A stretch of 64,000 nucleotides of DNA. It comes from Lama glama (lineage: Eukaryota). The stretch lies in assembly GCA_028534125.1 (NCBI GenBank), contig CM052816.1, positions 25,856,001 through 25,920,000 on the forward strand, given 5' to 3'. This document shows positions 13,414 through 25,740 of the stretch, in pieces. A program made the position numbers and the translations under genes. The notes below the pieces were generated by a model that searched no databases, was not told where the DNA came from, and saw nothing but the letters and a program-made list of their open reading frames with translations. The first letter of the stretch is position 1. Each line of letters opens with the position of its first letter.

Positions 13414-15450
13414 AAACCCAATTTGTGTTCTGATCATTTGAGTTGTGAAGAGACTAGTCAAAATGAGTTCCTGACCTGCTGGGGGTAAGTGCCTTTACTG
13501 TATCATGAAGGCAAGAATATTGAAGTGGTTGGTGTCCTCCCCGACTCCTTCCTTGTATGAGGAGTCAGGTACCTGATTCCTAATAGCCTTAAGATGTGAC
13601 ATTTTAAAAAAAAACGATTTGTATCATTGTGAGAACATGAGAGACCCAAAAGCACACTGGGAAAGAAAACCATCATTCTGCGTTTCAGTTGGCACCACAA
13701 AAGTCCCTATTAGAAGTCACAGGCCTCTTGTTGAGGACAAGTGATGCATGTAGCACTTCCAGTAACGCTCACTTCCAGTTAGTGGACCACTCACCATACT
13801 AGTTCCAGTCTCAGTAGCACGCTAACCAAAGGGCCGGTGACGTCATCGAGGCCAGCGAGGACCGAAGCCAGAAAACAGCACTCAAAACATCACCTGAGTC
13901 TTGCACCCTTTATCATCACATGAATGTGTAACCTGGGATTTGCATTGCTGAGCAGTTAAGTTAAATAATTGGATATCTCCTTGAAATCAATTTCTGGTGA
14001 TCACAGAAGCAGATTGGAAACCACGGCTCGAAGATTTACATTCAGCAAGTAAAATTTACGTTCCCTGAAAGGCAAAGAAGGCTGCCATTTCATGCTTCCT
14101 AACCTTCATTGTCTATTTCCCATTGGTACACACAAGCAGCCTAGGACACACCACCGTACGTCCCATTATGGAGTGAGAGCTTTCTGCTCTATCAACTTTG
14201 TTGTATAAAAGCTCTGTTTTCTTTATTACCTTTATCTATTATATCTGTAAAATTTATTTAAGCAATGACAGATCTCTCTTTGGGACCCAGGGTCTGCCCA
14301 GTGGCAGGCTATTGGGAGGAGATTTGTTGGATCTGACCTTTCGTTAAATTCCAAGGAGCGGTGGGAGGGGCCAGCGGTCCCGATCTGCCACGGCTGGGCG
14401 GGTTCTCGTCTGTGTTCAGCGGGTCTGCATCAGGTGAGCAGCAAATGTACCTCATCAGTTGCTTTTGTGATAGTTCAATAAAAGTGGATGGCTTTTGAAA
14501 TCCCAGAGGAAGGCTCCTGGTTTCGTTAACTTGTAGTTCACAAAAATTTCTCATGAAAAAAGAGGCCATACATAAAGCCACATCATTTACATCTCTGTTA
14601 TTATCAAGCTATTTTAAAAGTGGAAAGAATCAGCCAAGTTAGGCTCAGAATCAGGTGATGAATAATGCTCAGCTTTGCAGTTTTCACTTTCATATTTTGA
14701 TCTGTGTAGAGTTATAACACAGGGGCTCTTTTATGCTTTTATTCATTTTAATGTTTCATTTGCCTTAAAAACCCACTTACTGAGTACCTGCTCTTTGCCA
14801 GGCACTTTGAAAGAGATGGCGCTTAGTCTCTGAGAGGTTGGCCAGTAAACTTCAGGCACCCTAAAAGTCACGGTAATTTTTGTGATAGAAATATCCACAG
14901 ATGTGGTCAGGCAGCCTCAGGGCTTCTTAGAGTTCAGGCACCTGAGCTTGGACTCCCGAGATGAAGGTAGGTCCAGGCTTTCCAGGTAAAAAGTAGGAGT
15001 AAAGCATGAAGTGACCTGCTGTGTGCCAGGGACATCTAAAGGCACTTGGAGGTGCGAGGCAGGGAGCTAAGTGGGAACAGCGGAGGGAAACCAAGGGCTG
15101 ACTGGACAGTGGTGTGGATGAAGAGGGAGGGGCTGGAGCCAGGGGTTGGTTTGGAGTCAAAATAGGCATGAGTTGATGACTGATTAGACAGTTTGTCAAC
15201 AGAAGTAGAAGCCTTCGGGTGTGAATTGTGACCCCTTTGAAATAACAGCTCAAATCCTAAGAAGTTAGAACTGCGGTCTCCAGTGAGTCCTAGAACCATC
15301 CCTTACTTAGTTTTATACTATGGATGCCTTCTAAGCAGTTAAACATAACTTGCATCATGAAGGGTTTCCAGATTGCATGCTTCCCCCAGACTACTGTTTT
15401 CTCTGGCATTATGGGAGAGAAGAGCAGTTCAGCAGATTAAGGTTTATCAC

Positions 15451-15659
15451 CATCCATGTGCTGGTAAATCGTTAACCACTGGCCCTGGGGTGGGAGTTCC
15501 GGGGGTGGGAGGAGTGTAGTGCTGGCTGTTTTCTGCGGTGATAACATTCTGACCGTGATCAATTTCAAGCTTCCGATGTGGTGTCTGATGTGGAGCTGGG
15601 AAGAGATGCATACCGTCTACAGTTAGCATCTACAGCTCATGCCCCTGAGCACGCCACTG
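15451..15659. mobile_element. MER63-like hAT DNA transposon remnant
   Basis: Starts ...tgtgctggtaaatcgttaaccactggc and ends gagcacgccactg, resembling MER63 terminal inverted repeats. Confidence 0.55.
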
Positions 15660-15764
15660 ATCCTTACATGGCTTTAACCTTGTGGGTCCCCAGCCGTGCA
15701 TGTGTAGTTCCTTCATGAAATCTTTCTGTTAATAAACTTCTGTTTATGTAAACTTATATAATGT

Positions 15765-15985
15765 GTTGAGGAGTGTGGTATCAAAAGTCAGACTGCCTGT
15801 GTTCAAATCTCTGACTTTCTGACTGGGGGCAAGTTGGTCAGTTAAACTTACTGTTAATTTGCTCAACTGTAAGATAGTGATAATAAAAGAACCTGGCATG
15901 TAGATGCTGAGAAATAAATGAGATAATCTCTGTAAAAACACTTCTTCTTGTGACCTCCACACAGTAAAGCACTCAATCAATGTAC
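15765..15985 (+). mobile_element. MIR SINE
   Basis: agtcagactgcctgtgttcaaatc...ctgtaagatagtgataata...aaatgagataat...cacagtaaagcactcaatcaatg. Confidence 0.75.
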
Positions 15986-17514
15986 TTAGATTTATTTTCT
16001 GTCTTTCCCCCCTGGGGACGGTAACACAACTGTTAACTGCCTGTTGTGTAAAATACTGCTTCTCTGACTAGTTTTGGATTGTTGTCTTTGAAGCTTCAGA
16101 GGGGAACCCAGATTCAACTATACCAAGATTCAGTGAGCAAATTTCGAGTTCAGTGTGTCCAGAGGCTTAAACATTTTAGTGATCAATTTGGTCCCTTTGC
16201 AACTTTCATCTTTATTGACCCAAGACTTAAAATTTGTAGCCTGTCTTTATGTACGGTGACTACTTGAATATTTTAGTCGATTTTTCTCTGAATCTTTTCC
16301 TCACTTATTTCTGGGCAGTGAGACCCAGGGAGGACCTCTTGTATAATAATAAGCTACACATGCAGTTTTATTTTGAGTACTTTACCAAAAAAATTTTGGC
16401 CCTGGTAGCTTGTGATATTTATGAGTTTAATGTGCTTTGATCACGCATTCTTGGTTGAATTAGAAAAATCTGATTTTCTTTAAATATTACATTTGAGTTG
16501 AACTGAATGGCCGCAGAAAATGTAATCCACTGTACCAGAAGACTTTGTTCTCCTAACTGTCACCTTTTGAGAAAGCTGGTCAAGTCTGGTAGTGCACTCA
16601 CATACCTTGGAGGCAGTGTACTGTCAAACACACCAGTGGAACAGAATTGAATTGAAAAGTGGCTTTCTCTTCACTTGTTTGGAAAAACATGTTCTAATTT
16701 ATATATATTCATCCATATACTGGGATATACTAAATAAAATAACACAATCCATCTCGCTGCCAAACATTGCAGGATTTTGTGACCAGAAGTCTTTAAATCC
16801 AAAGGGAAGTAAAAGACCAAACCATTTGGGTTTTATACTTTTTTTCTGTATCCCAGAAACTTGATTTCCACAGTGTCAATGTGTGTTGTCTCCTTTGAAG
16901 CCTTCAGTCTCTGGGCTGCTGGGCAACAGTTTGAACACGTTTGGGGGGACCTGGCTGTATGGCTGGCCTGATCTGGGCACATGAAGGACAGTCCTGGGTG
17001 CCCTGGGGCTTGCCCTCTACCAGGCTGCTGTCCTCCCTTCCGCCTCCCCTGGGAGGCCTGGGTTTGGGTGAGGAGAGCCCATGGTTTGCCTGATTTTTCT
17101 TTCAAAGAAAATGGGAAAGCCTTTGGACCAGTAATCGTGCAACCCTTGCAACCTGCTGCATTCCTCGCTGGAAGCCTGAGTGTAGTCTTGTACCTTCACC
17201 CCGAGGCCATCTAGTCTGTGGCCAGCAGCTTACAAAGCTAACTCCCAGTTTCGGAGGAAAAAGATCTTTAGTTATTTCAAGCAGAGGACATCAGAAGAAA
17301 ATAGTATGTTTCTACCTCATTCCTCCATCAAGTGCTTTCCTGCCCCATATACTAATAATCCCCACAGATATTTACCATGAAAACCTATTTATTTAATGTT
17401 GCCTATGCCGGCTCCCAGGTGTTAGCATTGCCCCGCCAAACACTGCGGTTTGCATTGGTTTTAGAATTAGTGATTCAGGGACTGTGGTGGGTGCAAATCA
17501 GATTTTGGTCCAGA

Positions 17515-17530
17515 GTGTGTGTGTATGTGT

Positions 17531-17564
<34 letters not shown>
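17515..17564. repeat. (GT)n microsatellite, interrupted
   Basis: Read directly. Confidence 0.95.
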
Positions 17565-18586
17565 TCACTCTTGAGAAGATTACGTGGCAACCTGGAAAGA
17601 TGTTGAAATGTTGAGTCAGGTCTTCTTCCAGTGAAAAGAGATGGATAAAACATACCCTGAAGATGAGCAGCAATTAACTGTGCATTACTTTGTGGAAAAG
17701 ACTTCAAGCTGGCTGTCCTGCAGGTCAGAGTCAATAAAGACTGAGTTACTAACAATAGCCTTTCTCTCTGGCTGAAGCCTTGGACTTAACCCTCACTTCA
17801 TCAGACCAGGGAAGAAGAGAATAATGCAGACAATAGGAGTCTTAGAGGTTGACTTGGGCCTAATGCCCAAGGAGGCTGTAAAAGCTGTCAGAGCCTTGAT
17901 GGATTGGCTCTCACGCCTTGGTCTCCCCTCATCCCCCTCCCCCGTCGTCTGCCCCTTCCCTGTGCAAAGCACTAACGTTCCAGCCTCTTCTGAGAGGCCT
18001 GATGTGCCACCTGGGGTCAGAACTTATCAGCCTGCAGGGCTAATGTTTCAGATAAGGCCAAAGTGCAGTCAATAATTTATACGGAAATTTGTGCTCAGAG
18101 TTGCAAGGAAAGCAAGTTCTGACTCGAATTCTTGTTAGTCCAAAAAAAAAGAAGTCCAAGTCAACTTCACATCTTCCTGCTAGCCTCACTGTTGTGTATA
18201 TTAATAACACTTAAATTGAAAAAGAGAGTTAAAGTCGTCATGGGAGACTGATGTAGCATTTATCACGTGGAGCTCAGTTTCAGGAATTCTAGAATCGGTA
18301 GGTGAACTGGGGAAAGGAAACACCAGCAATTTGGAATGTATTAAAAAACAAAAGCAAATCGTCTCTAGTGACTTTGGAAACTAGTAAGTGTCCCTGGAGA
18401 GTGTTCTGGAATTGAGGTGGGTGATACAACATGGAGCGAAATGTTAGTTAATTTCAAGGGCTAGAAGAGATACAGGTATCAGAGAGGAGGGAGGTTTCAG
18501 TTAGATTCCTTTAGTACCTCATCTGGTTGGCAGAGAAATGTCACCTCAAGTTAGCTGAGATGGCTGCGTGTTACTGTGTACGTGGG

Positions 18587-18589
<3 letters not shown>

Positions 18590-18619
<30 letters not shown>
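18590..18619. repeat. (GT)n microsatellite
   Basis: Read directly. Confidence 0.95.
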
Positions 18620-18623
<4 letters not shown>

Positions 18624-19679
18624 ACATCTCCATGTCTGCATAAATACACGTACGTACGCACGCGGGATGGAGAAATAGCAGAGCAGTGACACCGCGCGAG
18701 GCTGGTCAATCAATAACCAGCTAAGTTTTGTTCTGCTCCAGCAAAACGATGACTTGCTCCAGTAAGTGCTAACAAAGGCCCTTTTCCCCCGCGCTCTGCT
18801 CTGAGAGAGCACTATTAGTCACGCTTCATTAGGCTTGTTTACAGAAAAGAGCTGGTCTCTAAGCACGTTATTGAAATACTTGTAACTCTGTTGGGCTTTT
18901 TTCTTCCCTGAAAGATAAGAACTTTGGAATGTGGGAGGGGGGAGGGTGGGAAGGCAGCCTCTGCCCATCATCATGAAAACTGGTCTGTTCAGATGGGATC
19001 AGAAAGATGAGTTTGCCTGTAACCTCTGTCTGCAGCCCCACGAGCCTTGCTGCCAGGTCTCGTTTTCGTTGTCGAGGGGTGGGGGGCCTTGGATTTTGCT
19101 TTTTGTAATTCAGACAGATGTTGGGTGTTCAGTTCGCTGTTCCTGAAAACTTGACGTGAGGTTTCCTTACCCTGAGTCCAGAGCAGAGTCTTTGGTGATT
19201 TAGAAACTGGCTTTCTCAGCGGCTTTATTATTGAGAGGTGAAATGAGGAAACGGTTGCTTTAAACAGTGGATAGGGTAGGAAGGATGACTTTATATTGGC
19301 TGAAATTGCTGGTGGATATAGAAATAATAACAAGTCCTTAAGGTTGGAATTTGCAGCCCTTAAGACTGTAAGGAATAGCTACGTCACGTGCACTGGGCCA
19401 GGTCACCAGGACTCTGGGATGATCAGTACCCATGCCCATATTCGAGGGTGTTTTCCCTGGAAGCAGTGCAGGTGGGCTGGCTTGCTGCTGGCTGTATTTC
19501 TGAGTGGAGTTTTCTTGATATTTGGCATCTCCCTCCATTCTTCAGCTGGTGGACCTGGGTTACAGGACAGTTTAAAAGGTGAGGAAGCCCAAGTCCATTT
19601 GCTGAGTGACTGTTTTGTGTCAGTTTCCATGTGAAATGCTTTCCCTAAATTACCCCTTCTTTGAGATGCATATGATTCC

Positions 19680-19790
19680 TCCTTTATAAATGAGGAAACT
19701 GAGGGTCAGAGAGGTTTAGTTCAAGGTGAAGCAGCTCCAGAGTGGGCTTTGAGCCCAGTGTGTCTGTCTCCAGAGTCATCTATTCAGGTG
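19680..19790 (-). mobile_element. MIR fragment
   Basis: aatgaggaaactgagggtcagagaggtt...tttgagcccag...tctgtctccagag. Confidence 0.7.
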
Positions 19791-22700
19791 TGTGGACTGT
19801 TCCATTCCACCACCAATCACTCTTACTCTTTCTTCCCTAGTCCAATCCTCGAGGTAAAATTGACTGCAGACTGAGTTTGACTAGACTTAATTCCTTCATT
19901 TTTTTTTAATTACATTGAACCTGAGCACAATTGCATAGCCTCATTTAGCAGAGTATGTGAATGGCCTCCCATGCTCCTGCTGGGCACAGCCACCTCCAGG
20001 TGAGAACAGGGAGGGTAGCCAGAGACAGAAACCTCACTCACCACCCTGCTGCCTTTCATTGTGAGGGTGCTGCCTCTGCTTTCCCTGACGTCCGCATTCC
20101 TTGCTTCCTTTTCAGATTTGCAACGATGGTGAATTTTAGGTGGCACACAAAATAGACCCTTTTGTGTGCCACGTGCATGCAGAACCTCCCTGTTGACACA
20201 CACGTGCGCGCGCGCACACACACACAGCTGAGAGACGCAGTTCCCTCTTTCCGCTGCTGTTGTAAATTGCTATTTTAAATTTCAGCAAGTGGAATAATAG
20301 CAGAGTGATCATTTCCAGTAAATGCTGCAGGCCTTTGAAAAGAATGGCTTGTTCAGTGGTTTTATGATTTACGGGGACACAGCTGGTGGCCAGCAGAGCT
20401 GTCGGAATGTGTGCTCTCCTGGGCCCGGTAGAGCCACAGATGAAAAGGGCCCAGAGCTGGCACAAAAGCAAATACGCACTCTGCCTTTAAATAAAGCATC
20501 ATAATTTATATGAAGCCTGGCTCTTCAGTCCCAGTGAGATACATGCATCAGTAGCAGCTTTTTGATGTAAGCATAATTGTCAGTTGGTTCCCACTGTCGC
20601 CTTGTAGCTCAAGGACTGAGAATGGTAAGAAATTACTTTGAAACGCAGTCCTCAAATCTATAGTTGTGTTACACATACCCTGACATGCAATTTACTCATG
20701 TTGAAATCCGAAACTGCTGGTCACCTACCTAGACTGATCTACAAGAGGTTTGTGGGGAAGACAGGTGATGAGAGGGGCTGGGAGAACTGATTCTTCGTAT
20801 TCCCTTTTCCAAGCCTACCCATTTCCCCAGGTATGTGGCGTTTTCATGCTTAGATTTTATTTCCTTTGCATCTCACACTTTCATTCATCTCGGTCATCAC
20901 TTTGCCTCCTGCCTGCTCCTGCCACCCAGGGACCTTTGGGCAAGAAAAAGACTGCTGCCTGCACCAGGAAGTAAGGAAGGGGCAGGTGTCTGTTAAATGA
21001 CTTTCCAAATTCTCAGCATCCTGCACCTTTCTTCTCCCTTTTTAGCCTTTTTTTTTTAAGGAGCAGTGGTGTAGAGGGGGCGTTTTTGCCTTAAGGATAG
21101 TTTATCTTCCCTCTGGTTTTGCCGTTCTGTTTACCTGTTTTTCAAATTGAAGAAACAGCGTTGAGGAGAGCCTGGCTGTAGAAGTTGAGGAAGAAGCTGG
21201 AACGATCCCATAATTAATATTAAGTGCAGGAAACGACTGGGCCTGATGATTTGAAAGGTCTGCGTTCTTTCAGTTGCTTATCAGTTGCTGGCATGTGATG
21301 CTGAGGGTGGGAGTGTGCAGAGGCTGTTTCCCTTTCCTTCTGGGGGATCCTGGCTGTGTGCTGACTGCCCAGGGCCCCTGGTACATAGCTGCCTCCAGAA
21401 ATAACACTCTTACAGGAACGCTATGTTAGGCTGCGATAAAATTGCAACCATATCATTATGTAGGCTCGTAGTAGGCGTGGTTCAGTTAATACTTCTCATT
21501 TACCTTTCCCAACCTTTGAATGCTTTTATTTAAAGGGAGAAAAAATAATCTTCTAGCGAGCAAATAATTGAAGCTTGTAAGACAGGATTGGGGGCAGCAA
21601 GTCCACTGGTACCCAACCCTTGTCTTCCCAGGGAGAAAGGGAAGGGCGGGGGGCAGGGGGTGGATGAGAAATCGTTCTCCTACTTTAATGAGGAAATTGT
21701 GCCTCAAAAAGAGAGAGGGCCTGAGGAACCTGCTGGTGCTGAAAACCATTCGTCTAAGCATATCTGATTTCACACCTGCAAAGGAGCAGAGAAAATTCAA
21801 GTTTTGAACTTTGCCCCTGAAACCAGAGTGGTGCTGATGCTTAACTCCTTGTTACAAGCCTTAAGGCATACGTTGCTGAAATGTTCAATCAAAGATAAGA
21901 AATGAAACCTCTTTGCACAGATGTGTGCATACATACATACACTCCCACCTGTACCTGTTCAGTTAATGCATTTAAATTGCTCCCAATGTCTGTCTCAGAG
22001 ACTGTACTTTTTCAGTTCCATCTCTGTCTGTTTCTCCTTTCTGCCTCTTCCCCACCTTCATCTTTTATCTTCTACCTGTTGTGTTTTGGCTGAGCCTTGA
22101 TGGCTTAGATCTGAAGAGCATCCTCTTGGAGATGCCGGGGGTGTGGGAGGGGTGGGGTAACTTTTGACACAGCCTGGGTGTGTCTGGGACTTCGTGCCCT
22201 TGTTGAAGCAAGCTTGGGGAGGTTATCCTCTCTCCAGCAGTATCACCTCAAACCTGTCTTCCTGTCTGTCCCCAAGTGGGGACTCTGCACAGAAGCTAGT
22301 AGAAACCAAGGAACAAGGCTACATGGTGTAGTGAGAATGGTGGATATATTAATATATATTACATTTATATAATTATATATTATTTATATATAGTTTTTTT
22401 TTCTTCAAATAACTAGCTTCAAGCCATCAAGGACAGTGTTGCTTTAGGATGTGTATGTCTGCCCAACTTAAAAGCAATTTCTTTTTGTTACTGATCATGT
22501 TTAAAATTACTTTCTAAAGCTCTCCATGCGATTTTTTTTATCATACTCTTTGTACCCCACAATTTCTATAGTGACACCTACAACATGAACTATGAAACTT
22601 GCAAAAACCTAAGAGCTGATTATTTAAAAGAAATAAAGCATCTATCTCTTCAGTAAATACTAATTGAGCTCTAGTGATCTGTTTTTAAATCTAGTGATTA

Positions 22701-25239
22701 AAAATAATTATATATTAGGCCCTCCAAGTTTTCATGAATGCTTAAACTTGGTTCTACTTGGTCAGTGAACATATTGTCCGCATCCACATGTGCGGTGCAG
22801 GCTCTCATGCAAATGTATGGGACAGCGCTTCTGTGTCCCCGGAGCTGCCTTACAAAAGCCTTATTTCTGCTCCCTCTTCTTGCCCACAAGACTTCTTCCC
22901 AGGCCATTGTATTTTCTAGAAGTGGGAAAGGATAATATTACTAGGGAAGCAAGAAAAGAAAAGCCGCGAGAGCTTCTTTGCGCTGACCAGTCAACTGGAT
23001 ATCGACCACCTGTCTTCATGGGAAAGAAATAGATGGCAGTGAATAAGCGAGAGTCTAGTTTTCCAAGAAGCTCAATGATTTTCCCAAATCAATACAGCTC
23101 ATCAGGCCTCAGAACAAAGGCTGCGGGGGAGGTGACAGTGATGGAAGTGGCTCTGTGTTCTTTTGTGTATTAAACCATAAGGCCCATGGGGAAACAAGGT
23201 TTCTTTAGCCAGGATTTTTACCCTCTTTTAGGGATTATTCAATATTTTTAGGGGGGAAAATCCTTTCAGGTTTTTTTTTTTTCTAATTTCCATAGATTGT
23301 ACCCCCCAATGATCAAATGTACTTTTGAAAGAGATAAGCACAGACAAGTAAGAAAGAAGACTATCTTTTAAAATGGAGATTCGAGTAGCATCTTGACATT
23401 GCTTTTTGGTATTGGTTTAGCATACTTATTTGGCTTAAGGTCTTCTATTTTTTTTATCTTGTTATTTATGGACAGACTTGAGATGAACCACAAAGAATTG
23501 TCTGAGTGTTCAGATTAACCGCTGGCAAATGAAGAATCATCACTATCCTCCCATAAATGAACCTTGTTCTTAAAATCCTGAAAATAACACCAAGCCCTAC
23601 TAGGAATGCTGAACTGTCATCGGAGAGGTTATAATTAACGGAGATAGAGTGGTGCCAGCATTCTCCAGCCGCCAACGGAGAACATCTATCGAAACCAGCA
23701 GTTTTTAGCCCTTGATTCCTTTAATCTTTAAGCTCGCTGTGCTTTCATAAAGCAGTACATTAACACCAGAGCAGTGTGTCTCTGGGGTTTATGACTGGGG
23801 TGGCAGCACACTGGGGCATAAAGTGTTTCATTACGCTTCCCCTTGTTAGTACTGCCCTATCTCCCAAGTCCATTGCCTACACTATTTGTTCAGATAAAGC
23901 ACCGTGTTCAGGGTGACTAATCGCCGCACTGTGTTCCAGATGGTTTGATTACAGGATGTGGTTAAAGTGACTCCTCAAACATTGAGCCCAGCAGTGGAGC
24001 TCTTTTGAAAAAAATACTGCATTTTCTGGTCATATGACAACACTGGCTTTTCATGTCCTGGTGCTCCCTGTAGCCTTGGCAGAGGTAACAGGAAAGTCCC
24101 TCTGCTTTTTGGCTGTCACGTACTTCATTAGCAACCCAGCTGTAAATTTAAAATTTCCCCCAATAATTATAAAGTCAACTTGGTCCTCTGAAGAAAGACC
24201 TATATGACGATGAGATGCTCTGAAGCCAGAAAAGTGAACAAGGGTACTATATACAAGACTCAATTGAAAAAAGGAAAAGTACCAGTCCTGGATACAATGA
24301 AACCACCACAACAAAATATTAGAGGGAGGGAGTTCAGGACAGAGGACTAGTGATAAATCATACCTTGTACAATAGTCACATTGTATAAAAATACAGAGTA
24401 ATATGATATCCTAAATGCATGAACTTTATCTGGTACTCATGAAACAGCATATTGTGGCATTTTTGTTGTCACTAATGTTTCTACTAGAATAAATACAGAA
24501 AAGGAAAGAAATGTGTAAACTTAAAAAAAAAGATTATGGCATAAATGGGTTCCATTTCAGTATTATTAGAGTGAGGTTTTTGTTTTCTGCATGAATGCAC
24601 ACCAAGTCCGTCCAGATGTGACAGTCTGAATAAGAGTGCAAAAAAAAAAAAAAAAAAAAGAACACCCCACTGATGTCTGATTCCAAATTCAGCATTTGCC
24701 ATGCTTGGCAAAGCATTCTGTCCCAGGGACGAGGCACTTTAAAGACTCTTTCAGAGTCTTTAAACTGTAATATAAACAGTTATGCTGATCTACTGGGAAA
24801 TCAGGCATTTGCCCAGTTCTTGAGAAAACATCTTCACCAATACCAGAAACAGTCATTCATAAACCATATTTATAACATCTTCGGAGCGAAATCTCTCCAC
24901 AGAGATTTTCTATCATGTATAAGCTAGTGGGGGATTATGCTTATTGAAAAAGTATGGTAATGGTGTAAAGAAGTCACTGAGTAGGATTCAAATCTCGACT
25001 GTCTCCATTCACTGTCGAGTAGCTCCAGCGTGTTGAATGAACTCCCTCTGTGTGTTCACAGGTGTGGTAGGTGCAGACCCTTCGCCTGTTTTCCAGGAGC
25101 AGAGTCTAGTTGGAAGAGACAGGCTGACTGTGCTTGTGAGTGGAGTAAAGTGTTCACGTGACTGTGCATTGTAAATTAAGACAGTCTCAGCAGCATTCAA
25201 GCAGTAGCAGTTTACTTGCTATTCGTGTCATAGACTGAC

Positions 25240-25515
25240 TGCTGGATGGGGGTTCACCTTGTTATAGGTTCCCAGATGAAGGAGATTCTGCCATCTTCTT
25301 ATGGCCTGCAGGGTCACTGTGGTCTTGTGCCAGCCAGCCGGAAAGGGGAGATCAGACGAACACGCATAGCAGATTCTTTTGGGCCAGGCCTGGCACTGGA
25401 ACCCAGCGGTTCACTTGCCTTTCATGAAACCAAGGCACAGGGCCATGTCTAGCTGGTAGGGAGGCTGAGAAAGCATCTCGCTGTGGACTCGGAGAGGAAC
25501 CATGGATTCTGGTGC
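25240..25515. mobile_element. Old MaLR (MLT1-type) LTR fragment
   Basis: tctgccatctt...gggccaggcctgg...catgtctagctggtagggaggctgagaaa pattern of old MLT1 LTRs. Confidence 0.5.
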
Positions 25516-25599
25516 GCAGCCATTGGGGAGAACAGTTGGATGGAGTGTGGTGGAGACCCGGGAGGGAGTGGCTGTATTGTTGGGGCTCTTTTGGTCACT

Positions 25600-25740
25600 T
25601 AATTTTTTAATTTGTTTTTAACACCTTCATTGTGGTATGGTTCCTGTACATTAAACTACACATATTTCAAATGTACACTTTGATGAATTTCGATAGATGT
25701 GTACAACAGTGACACCACTGCCACAGTCAAGACAGCTAAT
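25600..25740 (-). mobile_element. L1 (L1MB-like) extreme 3' fragment
   Basis: ttcattgtggtatggttc...atatttcaaatgtacactttgatgaatttcga...accactgccacagtcaaga. Confidence 0.6.
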
